NCBI RefSeq assembly: GCF_000372725.1
Contig: NW_005201412.1
Location: forward strand, 62,001-126,000
Length of the DNA: 64,000 nt
Direction of reading: 5' to 3'
Source of the DNA: Emiliania huxleyi CCMP1516
Lineage: Eukaryota
How positions within the stretch are numbered: position 1 is the stretch's first letter; each line of letters starts with the position of its first letter. The notes beneath the pieces are model-generated. The model worked only from the letters and a program-made list of their open reading frames with translations. It searched no databases and had not been told where the DNA came from. Position numbers and translations under genes: made by a program. Below, piece by piece: positions 1 to 12,383 of this stretch.

Positions 1-2
1 TG

Positions 3-1223
3 GACTCCGGCCGCGCTCGCTCGTTCGAGACGATCCTGAGGGCGGCGGGCGGAGTCATCGCCAAGACCACCGCCAACGGCATAATGTCCGACCCCCGGGT
101 GAAGGCGCTCCGCGCGAGGATGATCAGCCTGATCGGCGAGCTCGCGCAGCCGTGCACGCACACCACGCGCAAGCTCGCTCGACTCGTTCTCGACGAGACG
201 CTCAAGACGTGCTGCACCGGCGCCAAGGCGGAGGCAGTCTACTCGAGTCATCGCGTCATGTTCCTCCTTGAGGTGATGATGGGGTTGCGGCTCGGCGAGA
301 CGACGGGCCGCCAGCACGGCGTCGCCGCCTGCGACGTGTGGATCGTCAACCCGCTCTCAGAGCGATGTGCCGAGATGGGGACGACTGTTGCCGCCCACCT
401 CGAGTCCACGAAGACGGCCCAGGGGAAGGGCCGGTGGGCTCACTGTGTGGGCACGTCACTCACCTCTGAGTTCAGCCTCGAGTCTGCCGTGCGGGATCTG
501 TGGCGTGTGCAGGGGCACTCGACCGAGACGGTCACGGTGGACGGCTTCAAGGTGGAGCGGCCGGACTACTCTGTCGTGCAGCTGCGTGTCGGGGCGAGCC
601 TGCCAGACGGCGCTTTCGACACCTTCGTCGGGGCCCTCGGCCGGCTGCCGAGTGACCACCCGCTCCGGCCAGCGGCCAAATACCTTGGCCGCACAGCGAC
701 TCAGAAGAGGAAGGCGGCGACCATCGAGGAGGGCGATCGGTACGTCAACCTCGTTGGGGGAGCCAAGGGTTCTGCCAGACTCCGCGCCGCCAGCGAGTGG
801 TTGGCGGGACTGGGGCTCACCCAGTACGCCGCCGTCGTCAAAGGCCCGCTCATCCGGGCGACAGACGGCGGGCGCCTCACCGATACTCCGCTAGAGACTG
901 GCTCGTCATATAGCCATTCTACGAAAGCGCTCAAGCTCGCGTACGAGCTCCTCCGCGAGCGCGACGAGGAGGACCTCGAGCTTGCGATTGAGGAGGACGA
1001 GGCGGGCAACCCAATTGTCAAGTTTGCCCACCATTCGAACCGACGGTTCTCGGACAAGGTGGCGCGGGACACGAGCGATGTCACGGGCGCTACCATCACA
1101 GACATCGACTGCATCTTCGGCTGGAACGAGCAGGAGCGAGAGAGGTCGATGCAGCAGCACTACGCCGGCCTCGATCTCGCCTCGCGCATCGAGCGGCTCG
1201 CGCGAGTGACTATGATGGTGTAG
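3..1223 (+). mobile_element. Tyrosine recombinase ORF, probably of a DIRS/Ngaro-type YR retrotransposon or Crypton (5' part lies outside the window)
   Basis: Intronless frame open from position 3. Catalytic residues appear in YR order: GLRLGE (R), STKT (K), HHSNRR (HxxR), FGW (W), MQQHY (Y). Confidence 0.8.
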
Positions 1224-2941
1224 TGGCTGAGGGGCTGGGGCAGAGCTCGAGATCATGTTCTACGATGGATGGCGATGGGGGTTGGTCCTGCAACGGTGTC
1301 TCGTGCGGAGCAGTGGTGTGCTGCCGCGCGAGGGTTGCAGGCGTGAGGGTCGAGGGTACCTTTTCCCCCCTTTGCTATTAACAATGCTTTGGAATCTATG
1401 AACATGACCTCGAGTGGAGCCCCAGTCCTCGACAGGCTCGCGCACCTGGTGTCCGCACTGCCGCATGGTGCGAGCCGCCACTCATGAGAAGGTCTCCGCT
1501 GCGCGATGCTTTTGCTGTCTGCGTCAATGCAGCATCCCATCGAGCGCGTCACTATATGACCTGACCCCTCTGATAACCGACGTCGCCAACGGCAAGCCTG
1601 CGTCCGTGTTGCATATGCTCTCCATTCATGTTCGCATTGCGGTGGATTGCCAATTCGAGCCACTTGAGCAATCATGCACAATCAATGCGCCGAAGAGCTG
1701 AGACGCAGATTCTTTGCACCGGGTCAGCAGGCAGGCAGTGCAAGGTCCAAGTGGTCGCGGCACTGGTCATTCGCGATGCGGTAGGCGATGCGATCAGCCG
1801 TCAGCAAGCGGCGGTGAAGCCTGGTCCATGGCCGGGCAGGCGCGCCGCAGGCGAAGCGCTCTCGCGGGGCCTTGCGTCGTCCCACCTCGAGCCCTCGCGG
1901 GCCCACGGTCGTACGTTTACCTCCCCTCACGTGGGCTCCGTTTACCTCTACCTCCGGCGGTCTGAGACAGGTTTACCTTTACCTGAGGCCCCACACGCCA
2001 GCCCTACCGCTCTACCTGCGCACCCGGCCCTCCGGGCCGAAACACGGGGTCCCAGGGTGGCCAGGGAAGGCAAGCAAGCAAAAAAAAACCTTATCGCGCG
2101 CGATAGACGCCGACTCGCAGCCTCTTCTTGAGAAGAAAATACACCAGGGCGCTGCACGCTGGTCTATGAGAGGTGAGGTGTCGAGAGGTGCGAGGCTGCG
2201 AGCCCTGGAGGCCCTGGGGATGGGGGGAGACGACCCGCGGCCGGCCTTGAAGGCCCGCGCACACAAAAACAGTCAGAAAAAAACAAACAAAGGGACAGAC
2301 AGCAGAAAAGAAAGAAAGAAGACAGAGACAAACCCAATCGAGGGATGGGGGAGGAGGACAGGGTCCACACCTGCACGAACGAGCAGGATTTTGGAAGGAC
2401 GATCAGGGGCACAGGTGGGGCTCTCCTGCTCCTGACAAGGGACACGACAGGCTCGCAGCGCGGTGCACGGTGGACTCCCAACTCCACTGGCGGTCTCATC
2501 TCAGTTTAGCGACCTGCCTCCAGCTTCTCACTGGCAGTCTCTCGCAACCACAGCGCACAGGCACACTGACACAGGGGTGGGCAGGGGCGGCGGCAGGAGT
2601 CTCCCACAAACTATGCGGGCCTCGCTAGAGGTGCGTCCTGTGTGTGTCCTCGCCCTTGAGGGTCTTGAGGGGGAAGGGGAAGGGGCTGTCTGTTTGTCTG
2701 TGCATACATGCACATGTACATGTGCATGTGCATGTGTGTGTGTGTGTGTGTGTAAAAAGAAAGAAAGAAAACAGAGAACCCAAGGGAGGGATGGGAGGAC
2801 GGCACGCCGCCACCACACAGGGATGTTAAGGAGGTGTGTGTGTGTGTGTGTGTCTTGCCGCGTGTTTCTCGTTCCTGCCTGGCGGGCCAAGGGACGCCTG
2901 TCGACGGCTTCCCCGCTCTTCAAATCCAAGCGCCGACCCCG

Positions 2942-4585
2942 ATGAACATCTTCGCCGCCAACAAGGAGAAGGGGAAGACGTTTCGGCCGCGGCGCAACCA
3001 CCGCGAGGGCACGAAGCGGTACCAGCTGCACAAGTTTGCGCAGGTGTGTTCGCGGCCCGACGGGACTGCGGCTTGTGTTTTGTGTGTGTGTGTGCCGTGG
3101 CTGCAGGGAGGGTAACGCTCACCGGGTCGGCGCCGCGGCTCGCAGGCCACGCTCGGCACGGGCAACCTTCACGAGGCTGTGACGCTGCCTGCCGGTGGGG
3201 GACGGCACAGCCGCACGGCGCGAGCGCGGATTTTCGAGTGACGCCGGCGGATTGGACGGTGTAGGCGAGGACCCGAACGAGTGGCTCGCTGTCAACACGG
3301 TGGACTTCTTCAACGAGATCAACCTCCTCTACGGCGTGGTGACTGCCGCCCCTCCCCCCTCCCCCCTCGACCCTCGACCCTCGCCCCCGCGGCCCAACAC
3401 TGCCCGAGCCGACCCTCCGCCGACCTGCAGGTGGCCGAGTTCTGCACAGAGAGCACGTGCCCCGTGATGTGCGCCGGCTCGAAGTACGAGTACATGTGGG
3501 CTGACGGTCTGCGCCTCCCCTCCCCCCCCCCAAAGTGAATTTCTGAATTGTNNNNNNNNNNNNNNNNNNNNNNNNNNNNNNNNNNNNNNNNNNNNNNNNN
3601 NNNNNNNNNNNNNNNNNNNNNNNNNNNNNNNNNNNNNNNNNNNNNNNNNNNNNNNNNNNNNNNNNNNNNNNNNNNNNNNNNNNNNNNNNNNNNNNNNNNN
3701 NNNNNNNNNNNNNNNNNNNNNNNNNNNNNNNNNNNNNNNNNNNNNNNNNNNNNNNNNNNNNNNNNNNNNNNNNNNNNNNNNNNNNNNNNNNNNNNNNNNN
3801 NNNNNNNNNNNNNNNNNNNNNNNNNNNNNNNNNNNNNNNNNNNNNNNNNNNNNNNNNNNNNNNNNNNNNNNNNNNNNNNNNNNNNNNNNNNNNNNNNNNN
3901 NNNNNNNNNNNNNNNNNNNNNNNNNNNNNNNNNNNNNNNNNNNNNNNNNNNNNNNNNNNNNNNNNNNNNNNNNNNNNNNNNNNNNNNNNNNNNNNNNNNN
4001 NNNNNNNNNNNNNNNNNNNNNNNNNNNNNNNNNNNNNNNNNNNNNNNNNNNNNNNNNNNNNNNNNNNNNNNNNNNNNNNNNNNNNNNNNNNNNNNNNNNN
4101 NNNNNNNNNNNNNNNNNNNNNNNNNNNNNNNNNNNNNNNNNNNNNNNNNNNNNNNNNNNNNNNNNNNNNNNNNNNNNNNNNNNNNNNNNNNNNNNNNNNN
4201 NNNNNNNNNNNNNNNNNNNNNNNNNNNNNNCGAGTCATCCCCTCAACACCTGGCTTTAAGCACTACATGTACTTTGTCTACGAGTTCAACCTTATCCCGC
4301 GGAAGGAAGAGCTCGCGCCGCTGCAGGCGAGACGCGCGACGTGAGGAGAGGGGCGAGGAGAGAGGAGTGGAGTGGGGTGGAGTGGAGGAGGGAGCAGCTC
4401 GCGCCGCTGACGCGACGCACCCGAGCCGCCGCCGAGATCGCGCGCTGTACTGCTGCGCACCTCACGTCTGCGCCGCACCACCTCTCCGCTCACGGCCCGC
4501 CGCCCCGCCGCAGGAGCTGATCGACAAGCTGATGGAGGGAGACAAGGAGAAGTACACGGCCGGCGCGAGCGGCACGGACAGATAG
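2942..4585 (+). CDS. MOB1: MOB kinase activator 1 (spliced; middle part lies in the N gap)
   Basis: Exons read [23 protein letters not shown] / [15 protein letters not shown] / [23 protein letters not shown] / [23 protein letters not shown] ... [20 protein letters not shown] / ELIDKL, the typical MOB1 sequence. Confidence 0.95.
3552..4230. other. Assembly gap (N run)
   Basis: Continuous n bases. Confidence 1.
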
Positions 4586-5381
4586 AGGCGCTGGCCATAC
4601 GCGAAGAGGCTGCCAGGTCCCGGGCCGCAGCGCACTCTCTCTCTCGGCAGGGAGGGAGGCAGGGGCGCGGCGCGCGCTAGATCTGCACGCTGGATCGGCG
4701 CCCACGCCCCGCGCTCCCTGTCTCCTGCGCCCGTCCTATCGCGTCGTGCGCGCGTGGGCGTGCCGCGAGACCGCGCCGCCGCCGCGCGCCGGGCGCGCTG
4801 CCTCGCCTAGATTACTTACGTCTTCTCTCTCGGGACTCGGCTGCGTGGCGGCCCAACACCGCCCCGTCGCATGTTATGTACACATACCAACGTTCAAAAT
4901 GAAAGGGTCCATATATCGGCTCTACTATGGTCTATGCGAGCTGCGCTGTTCCGTATGCGTTCACCCCTAAATATTTATAGTCGGCGCGAGGGGGCTGTAC
5001 CTGTAGCTGTACGCTGTACGTAGTCCAAGTCGCCCGGCGCAGCGCGGCGTGGCCGCGGCCGCTGGGCTGCGCCTAGCCCTTAGGGCGTCCGGCGATCGCG
5101 ACGCGAGCGGCGCGACCGGCCGCGGGTTCTCGCGGTCGCGGCGGGTCGGCGGCACACACCGGCGAGGCTGCTTCCCTCCGTCCTCCGTAAAGATCGGAAA
5201 AGAAAGCTTCGTCGTTTTGAGCTGCGACAAGACAGGGCACGGAGGGCACCGCTGCTTTTGAGCGCTGTCAGAGCGGTGTTTCGACACCGGTATCGCGTTT
5301 TCTCACACAGCCCGCGCTCGCTCCTGCCCAGCTGCAGTCGCGATTTACCGCCGGCGGACGACAGTGTGCGACGGAAACCAT

Positions 5382-6287
5382 ATGAGGTCGTCGCAGATTG
5401 AGTGTGCCGACGGCCTGCACATCACGGTCTTCGAGCGCGACGGCGGCGAAGGCGCCGCCTGCGGATATGCCACCCGCCTCTGGGACTGCAGCGTTGGCCT
5501 CGCCCGGTGGATGTTAGAGAGTCTGCTAGAGAGTCCGGAGAGGCCTCTCAGAGGCAGGCGGGTGCTTGAGCTCGGCGCGGGGACAGCTCTCTGCTCGCTG
5601 GCCATCGTTGCTGCCGAGCCTGACGCGGACGTGACGGCAACCGACGTCGACCCTGCGGCGATGCCGCTCATCGCAGCCGCCGGCAAGGCGGCGAGCCAGG
5701 GACGGCGCTCCTCGTCGCCTCGCGCGGCGCTGCTGGACATCTGCGCGTCAGCGGCGGACGCACCGCTGCCGGCGTGCGACCTGCTTCTCGCTTGCGACGC
5801 GTGCTACACGCCGCAGCTCGCCGCCGCACTCGCCAGGCGGCCGAGATTTACACTGGAGCCACGATGAGCAGAGAACGGCCGCCGAGAAACGCACAGGTTC
5901 GGCCGCCTGCAGGCGCTGCGCCGAGGCGCTGCGTGCGTCGCCATCCGCGCGTGTCGTGATCGCCGACCCGGGCAGGCCGGGCCAGCCAGCGCTCGTCGAG
6001 GCGCTTGCAGAGGTGGGCCAATTCGATCTCAAAGCTAGACACCGGAGCACTCCACAGCACACAGCTACTGGCCATGCGTGTTGCTGCGGGTCACTAGCTC
6101 TTTGATGCCCCTCCCGGGCTGCCGCGTTGCCCAGGCCGGATTCGCCGCGAGCTTTGAGCGCCTCGACGCAACGCCGCTGCCATTTGCGGAGTGGCTCGTG
6201 CGGTCGGAGGGCGGTCGCGTGCGCCTGCTGCACATCGACGACGACGCGAGGCTGTGGGGGGTCAGCACGGTCCCGGCCATGTTCTGA
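5382..6287 (+). CDS. SAM-dependent lysine methyltransferase-like protein (Methyltransf_16/METTL21-like), about 3 exons
   Basis: YATRLWDCSVGLARW, motif I RVLELGAGTAL, VTATDVD, DLLLACDACY, VVIADPGR. Confidence 0.8.
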
Positions 6288-7319
6288 AAAGAAAGAAATT
6301 CTGGCGGATTTCCCCAAGTGTGCTTTCTTGTGTCGCTGACATATGGAGTGCGTTTGTTTTCCATCCACATCCAGAAAGAAAGAAAACAGACAACCCAAGG
6401 GAGCGATGGGAGGACGGCCGACGCCGCCAGCGCCACATGCACACCCCACACCCCACAGCGGGATTTTAAGGAGAGCGAGAGGTCAGACAGAGGAGAGTTC
6501 AGGAGACAGGAGTGTGGAGATGTCTGGACTGTGGTGCTCTAGGCCTCTACCTCTAGCCGTCGCGCCCACCCTTCGCTTGGGCGTGGTCTGCCTCTTCCTA
6601 TCTCTCTTCGCAGTCCCTCGCCGATTCTCGCTGCAACCTTCATGCCACCTCGCGTTCTCGTCCCACTCTCGTCGTTCTCTATCTTGTCGTTCTTCCACTC
6701 TGTCCATAATAAATTAAATATTCTTAGCTTTTTTCCCCCCTCCGAGACTAGGGACAGAACCCACCCGTACACAGGAGAGATGGGAGTGCGCCTCGCCCCC
6801 GCTTGCCCTGACTGCACAGGATAGCGTGCCCCGATTACGGCGACACTTAGCGAGGGTCACCTGCGCAATGTCTATTCCCCCGGTAATGTGTTACGGGTAT
6901 CGGTCGCTGATTTGAACGCTATCTCGAGACCATCATCTACTCTGCTTACTTCGGCCGTCGGCCGCTCGGTGGTCGAGTGGCTTCCGGATCGAATCGGCAG
7001 ATTGACCCTTATAATTTTTTTCACACCTGAGCGGGCCCAATTTTTGCTCTAGGTGCCTCCTACGATTCGATCTAGGGTTCTAGCGTTCTCAGGCAGTCGC
7101 CTGGTGCGTTGTTCGTTTTCGTCACGCGGTCTCTGTCCATAATAAATAAATAGAACACGGACATCCCAAGCTGGGGCTGGGTCGAGGACAGACACGTCCC
7201 CACCTTTGCAGGATTTTGCAAAAGCGAGGGGGGAGGGCGCACCGCCGCGCGGAGAGGGCTGGCCGCACAGGGCACAGGGGATCTCTCTCGCATACAGGAT
7301 ATGCACTCGGCGGCACGAG

Positions 7320-7483
7320 GAGCGGCCGCACACTGCTCGGTACCCCCCCCTGCACATCTAAAGCCATGGCCGACCCCCCCCCCAGCAGCAAAGCTCTGCT
7401 GCTGGGGGGGTCAGACTCCCCCCCCCAGCAGCAGGGATGGCTTTAGATGTGGAGGGGGGGGACCGAGCAGTGTGCGGCCGCTC
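7320..7483. mobile_element. ~165-bp palindromic MITE-like element
   Basis: 7320-7367 (gagcggccgcacactgctcggt...catctaaagccat) is inverted at 7437-7483. Internal hairpin ccccagcagca/tgctgctgggg. Flanked on both sides by gag. Confidence 0.6.
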
Positions 7484-7830
7484 GAGGGCAAGGCTGGGCG
7501 TCCTATTTGTGCTCCCCCCCGGACCCCTCGCTCTCGGCGGTCTCGGGCACTATATCTCTCCATCTGACCACTCATCTGAGGGGCTTGGCGAGCGGCCGCG
7601 CTGCGGGGCAGGGCTAGTGGGAATGGGCTCTGCTGAGGGAGGGTGTAGAGGATGTAGAGTGTAGAGCGCTGTAGAGCTGTAGAGAGCTGTAGAGCGCTGG
7701 AGAGCGCTGTAGAGCGCTGTAGAGCTGGTAGAGCTCTACATCCGCCGCGGGACGAACTGGTCTGCGTGCGTTGTAGAGCGATGTAGAGGCGCTCTGCAAC
7801 GTGAAATCTCTACAACAAACTCTACATCAA

Positions 7831-7863
7831 GAGAGAGAGAGAGAAGCTAAAAGTACACACATG
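7831..7863 (-). mobile_element. 33-bp insertion with (TC)n tail, probably an extremely 5'-truncated non-LTR retroelement
   Basis: Absent from sister copy B. Flanked by duplicated catcaa (7825-7830 and 7864-7869). Confidence 0.55.
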
Positions 7864-7912
7864 CATCAAAAGCGGCGAACGAGGCACGTCGCTCTCCGAC
7901 ACTCCGACATGA

Positions 7913-9705
7913 CGTCTGGGGGGGCGACCCCCCCATCTTTGTTTACCGATGCGTCCTAGAATGCAAAAACGCATTCTAGGACGCACTTTTCATCTCAAAG
8001 ATACCATGTGTCTCGGGTACACAGGGCATTCTAGGATGCGATGGCTGTCCTGGAGATAGCCGCGCCGTGTCTTTTGTTACGCGTTCCATCTTAGACGCCA
8101 CAAGCATCTATAGATGCACAGCTGTTCTGAGATGGCACTTGCATACTAGATCACATTTTACTATACTTGGACAGGGAAGCGTCTCAGGAGACACCGTGTG
8201 TCGGGTGCACCGGGCACCGAGGGGGGAGCAGGGAGCCAGGGAGCACGAAAAGGCGGTGTGATCTCTCGGCACCCCCTGGGGGCCCTGCCTTGAGTGCTCG
8301 TGTGAGGTCTCTCCTCGCGGCCTGCCCCTCCTGGAGAACCAGGTTCTCAGCACCGCGCATGCATCTGCTCGCGCCACGAGCTCTGGGCGCAAAGACCAAA
8401 GTTGCATGCACTGCTTACGACGATCCGACGGCGACGCCGCCTCCCCCCCCCACCAACCAGTTTGCGCGGCAGGTAGCGGGGCCAGTTCGAGGCTGAGGGC
8501 GTGGGCGTGCGCCTAGACACGGAAGACAGCGTACTTCCGAGAGTCGGCCAGCGGCGCGGTTTTTCTTGTTTGACTTGGCGATTTGAGGGACCGGGCATCC
8601 CGACTCGCTCCTCGCTCCTCGCTCGGTGAGCTGTCGCCCACCAGCGCGCGGCGACCGCGCGCACACCGTGCCCGCCGGCTCGCCGCCCTCCTCACCACCC
8701 GTCGGCGCTGTCCGCAGGCATGTGAGTCAGAACGGCGACCGCGCAGCGCGCACGGGTGTCTTGCTCGCCACCACCCTCTCGCCCCCGCTCCGTGACCGCC
8801 GCCGCCCGCGCCACCGCCGCCGCCAACACCGCCTCGCGCCTCGCGCCTCGCTCTCGCCGCCCCCGCCGCCCGCCCTCGACCTCGCGACGGCGTCCTTCTG
8901 GGGATCTGCGGGTGGCTTGCCCGCCTCGCCGCCGCCCCCACAGCGTGACCGCTTCCGCTCGATCGGTGAGCCGTCGCCCACCACGCGCGCTCTCACGGCG
9001 ACCGCGGGCCGCTCATCGCCTCCGCCACGTCGCAGGTGTTTGATCTGGGCAGGAAGCGGCGCTGGTGACGGCAACCGGCAGCCACGTGCACGGAGTGCTA
9101 AGCGAGGTGCCTGTGTCCAAGTCTGAGTAGCCCGTGGCCGTGAGTGGCGTCAGGGGCAGTGTTCTGTGACTGTGTCCTGTGCGTGCTGTTCAGTGTGAGT
9201 CGGTGCAGCGGTGGGCCTGCTGCCGCTGCCACACGTGAGAGCCGCTGTCCGTGCCCCAGCACGTTGCGCGGAGAGGCTATAGGGCGCCCACCCACGAGTG
9301 CTCGGGTGGGCGCGCCGCGGCTGTGCGAGTAGTAGCGCAGCAGCCGCGGCGCACAGCCGGGGGCACGGCCCGCCGCGCAGCGCTCGCCACACCGGGTTTT
9401 CGTTTTCTTTTTTGTTTTTATACGTGCGTGTATTTCTTGAGATCCACACGCTGTTCAAAATATGCGCGCGTCTTCTGAGACACGCGCTGTTCACAGTATG
9501 CACGGCGCGTCTTTTGAGACAGCAACGCCAATCGGAGATGCCGCGAGCAATTCGGGATGCGCGGAGCAACTAATATAGACTCGCGCATCTTAGGATGCTC
9601 GAGCATACCGAGGACAGCGAGCGTCTAAGTAGGAGGCCTACTAGACGCACTCTAATCCAGAGACGCATTCGGTAAACAAAGATGGGGGGGTCGCCCCCCC
9701 AGACG
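7913..9705. mobile_element. PIF/Harbinger-like non-autonomous element nested in hAT copy A
   Basis: ~43-bp TIR cgtctggggggcgaccccccatctttgtttaccga. 3-bp TSD tga (7910-7912 and 9706-9708). The empty site ccgaca-tta-ggcgcg is seen in copy B. Confidence 0.8.
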
Positions 9706-10544
9706 TGAGGCGCGTTGCACTTGCCAGTGCTGCCCTGGCCTTCTGCCTGCCCGCCCAATGGGTGGCAGGTGCCTCTGCTGCTGTGGCATGCCTCACGGCT
9801 GCGACTGGCCGGCGCCTCGGCGCGTCAGCCAGCTCGGCTCGGCGTAGTGATAGTGGCCAGCGCAACTCGCCTGGACTCAACGCTCAGCCAGGAGCTTCCG
9901 CACGCGCTGGCGCGAGTCATGGCGCATGCAGCGCGTCTGAATGCTCGCCTCTCGCCTCGCGCAAATGCGACCGTCCTCGCAGCCGACAGTCCACCGCCTG
10001 CTACACAGAAGCACTGCGACGAATGCGGCACCGGCGACGTATGGCAGGCTGGTCATGACGCAGTCATAGGGTGTTGTGTGCCGTCAGGGTGACTCTCTGT
10101 GTGTCAGGGATAGTCAGGGCCGTCCATCAGAGCTCCAGTAAGCTCGGAGACACCCCATTAGTGCGGCTCGACCTCTTTGAGTCACTGCCTTCCCGGCGGT
10201 TTGGCTGTAGAGCCTCTACAACAAACTCTACAGCAAAATCGCGCTCTACAGCGCTCTACAACGCACGAAGTTCGTCCCGCGCCGGATGTAGAGCTCTACA
10301 GCTCTACAGCGCTCCAGAGCGCTCTACAGCTCTACAGCTCTACAGCGCTCTACACTCTACATCCTCTACACCCTCCCTCAGGGGCTCTGGCCAGCTCGCC
10401 CGTGCGGGTGTAATCCCGCATCTGCCGGACGGAGGCCTCGACCGCCCCTCGCGGCAAGCTCTCGAGCAGCTCGAGCAGCTCGCCCGCCGCCACCGCCGCG
10501 TCGAACTGCGTCCTCATGCCGAGCACGCCGCAGACCCTGCGGAC

Positions 10545-12383
10545 CTGAGGGAGGGTGTAGAGGATGTAGAGTGTAGAGCGCTGTAGAGCTGTAGAGATGT
10601 AGAGCGCTCTGGAGCGCTGTAGAGCGCTGTAGAGCTGTAGAGCTCTACATCCGGCGCGGGACAGAGCGATGCAGATGTAGAGCACTGTAGAGCGCGATTT
10701 TGCTGTAGAGTTTGTTGTAGAGGCTCTACAGCAAACCCGGGTGGTGTGTTGTGGTTCTTGCCCAAAAATGCGTGTGGTTTTTGCCCATGCACATTTTTTG
10801 CATTTTTGCATTATGTGCATATCGCACATATCATGGCATTTGAACGCATCTGCATTTTCTGCATTTTGCGCGTGTTTGCATTTGGTTGCATTTGCATTTT
10901 TTGCATTTTGCGCGTGTTTGCATTTGGTTGCATCTGCATTTTCTGCATTTTGCGCGTGTTTGCATTTGGTTGCATTTGCATTTTTTTCATTTTGCGCGTG
11001 TTTGCATTTCGTTGCATTATGCATTCGGTGGGCAACTGCATTTCAGCTGCATATGCTTTTTCTGCATTCTTTGCATTCGGCGGGAAACGAGGTAGTTGCA
11101 TGGATTCACTGACACACGGCCTCCATAGCGTGTGCACCTAATCCTCCAAAAAGACAATGATGTCCCTCCCAGGGTGCTCGCTGTCTCGGTCGAGTGGAGG
11201 AGGAGATGCAGTAGGAGGGGAGGGGAGAGGGAAGGAGTCTGGGGGGTACTTGAGGGGAGGGGGGAGGGGAGGGGAGGGGGAGGAGTCTGGGTGCACTTGC
11301 CTAAGGTTCTTGCCCTCAAATTGCAAAAGATATGCAGTCATTCCCCGAGGCAGGAGGAGTGGAGGAGGAGATGCAGAAGGAGTAGAAAGGGGAGAGGGAA
11401 GGGGTGGGGGGAGGAGTCTGGGGGGTACTTGAGGGGAGGGGGGAGGAGTCTGGGTGGTGCACTTGCCTAAGGTTCTTGCCCTCATAAATTGCAAAAGATA
11501 TGCAGGCATGCCCCGAATACACATAATGCAACATATAATGCAACGAAATGCAATCACGCGCAAAATGCAGAAAATGCAAATATTGCATAATGCAACGAGA
11601 TGCAAACACGCGCAAAATGCAGAAAATGCAAATGCAAAAAACCACACGCATTTTTGGGCAAGAACCACACTTATGCCCAGCAAACCCGCCGGGAAGGCAG
11701 TGACTCAAAGAGGTCGAGCCGCACTAGTGGGGTGTCTCCGAGCTTGCTGGAGCTCTGATGGACGGCCCTGACTATCCCTGACACACAGAGAGTCACCCTG
11801 ACGGCACACAACACCCTATGACTGCGTCATGACCAGCCTGCCATACGTCGCCGGTGCCGCATTCGTCGCAGTGCTTCTGTGTAGCAGGCGGTGGACTGTC
11901 GGCTGCGAGGACGGTCGCATTTGCGCGAGGCGAGGCGAGCATTGCTGCGCGTCGCATGCGCCATGCCTCGCGCCAGCGCGTGCGGGAGCTCCTCTGAGCG
12001 TTGAGTCCAAGCGAGTTGCGCTGGCCATGATCGCTACGCCGAGCCGAGCTGACGCGCCGAGGCGCCGGCCAGTCGCAGCCGTGAGGCATGCCACAGCAGC
12101 AGAGGCACCTGCCACCCATTGGGCGGGCAGACAGAAGGCCAGGGCAGCACTGGCAAGTGCAACGCGCCTAATGTCGGAGAGCGACGTGCCTCGTTCGCCG
12201 CTTATGATGTAGAGTTTGTTGTAGAGATTTCACGTTGTAGAGCGCCTCTACATCGCTCTACATCTGCATCGCTCTGTCCCGCGCCGGATGTAGAGCTCTA
12301 CAGCTCTACAGCGCTCTCCAGCGCTCTACATCTCTACAGCTCTACAGCGCTCTGCACTCTACATCCCCTACACCCTCCCTCAG
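10545..12383. mobile_element. Non-autonomous hAT-like DNA transposon, copy B (inverted relative to A)
   Basis: Same TIRs as A. 11683-12170 is the reverse complement of ~9709-10200. 8-bp TSD ctgcggac (10537-10544 and 12384-12391). Confidence 0.88.
10739..11678. mobile_element. Mutator/foldback-like element nested in hAT copy B
   Basis: Long imperfect TIRs (tgtggttcttgcccaaaaatgcgtgtggtttttgc plus tgcatt-rich tandem repeats), ggg...ccc ends, 9-bp TSD agcaaaccc (10730-10738 and 11679-11687). Absent from copy A. Confidence 0.75.

Larger units (their letters stand above)
7633..10381. mobile_element. Non-autonomous hAT-like DNA transposon, copy A
   Basis: TIR ctgagggagggtgtagagg...cctctacaccctccctcag, subterminal tgtagag arrays, perfect 8-bp TSD gggctctg (7625-7632 and 10382-10389). 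Confidence 0.88.

Noticed and set aside
2826..4585. Long X-containing ORFs
   Set aside because: Artefacts of the N gap.
7640..7830. tgtagag arrays (also 10205-10380, 10550-10730, 12205-12380) as a CRISPR-like array
   Set aside because: There are no unique spacers. They are subterminal repeats of TSD-bounded hAT-like elements.
10741..11141. Repetitive ORFs such as (NATKCKHAQNAE)n and (FCILRVFAFGCICI)n
   Set aside because: They are translations of the tandem repeats in the foldback element.
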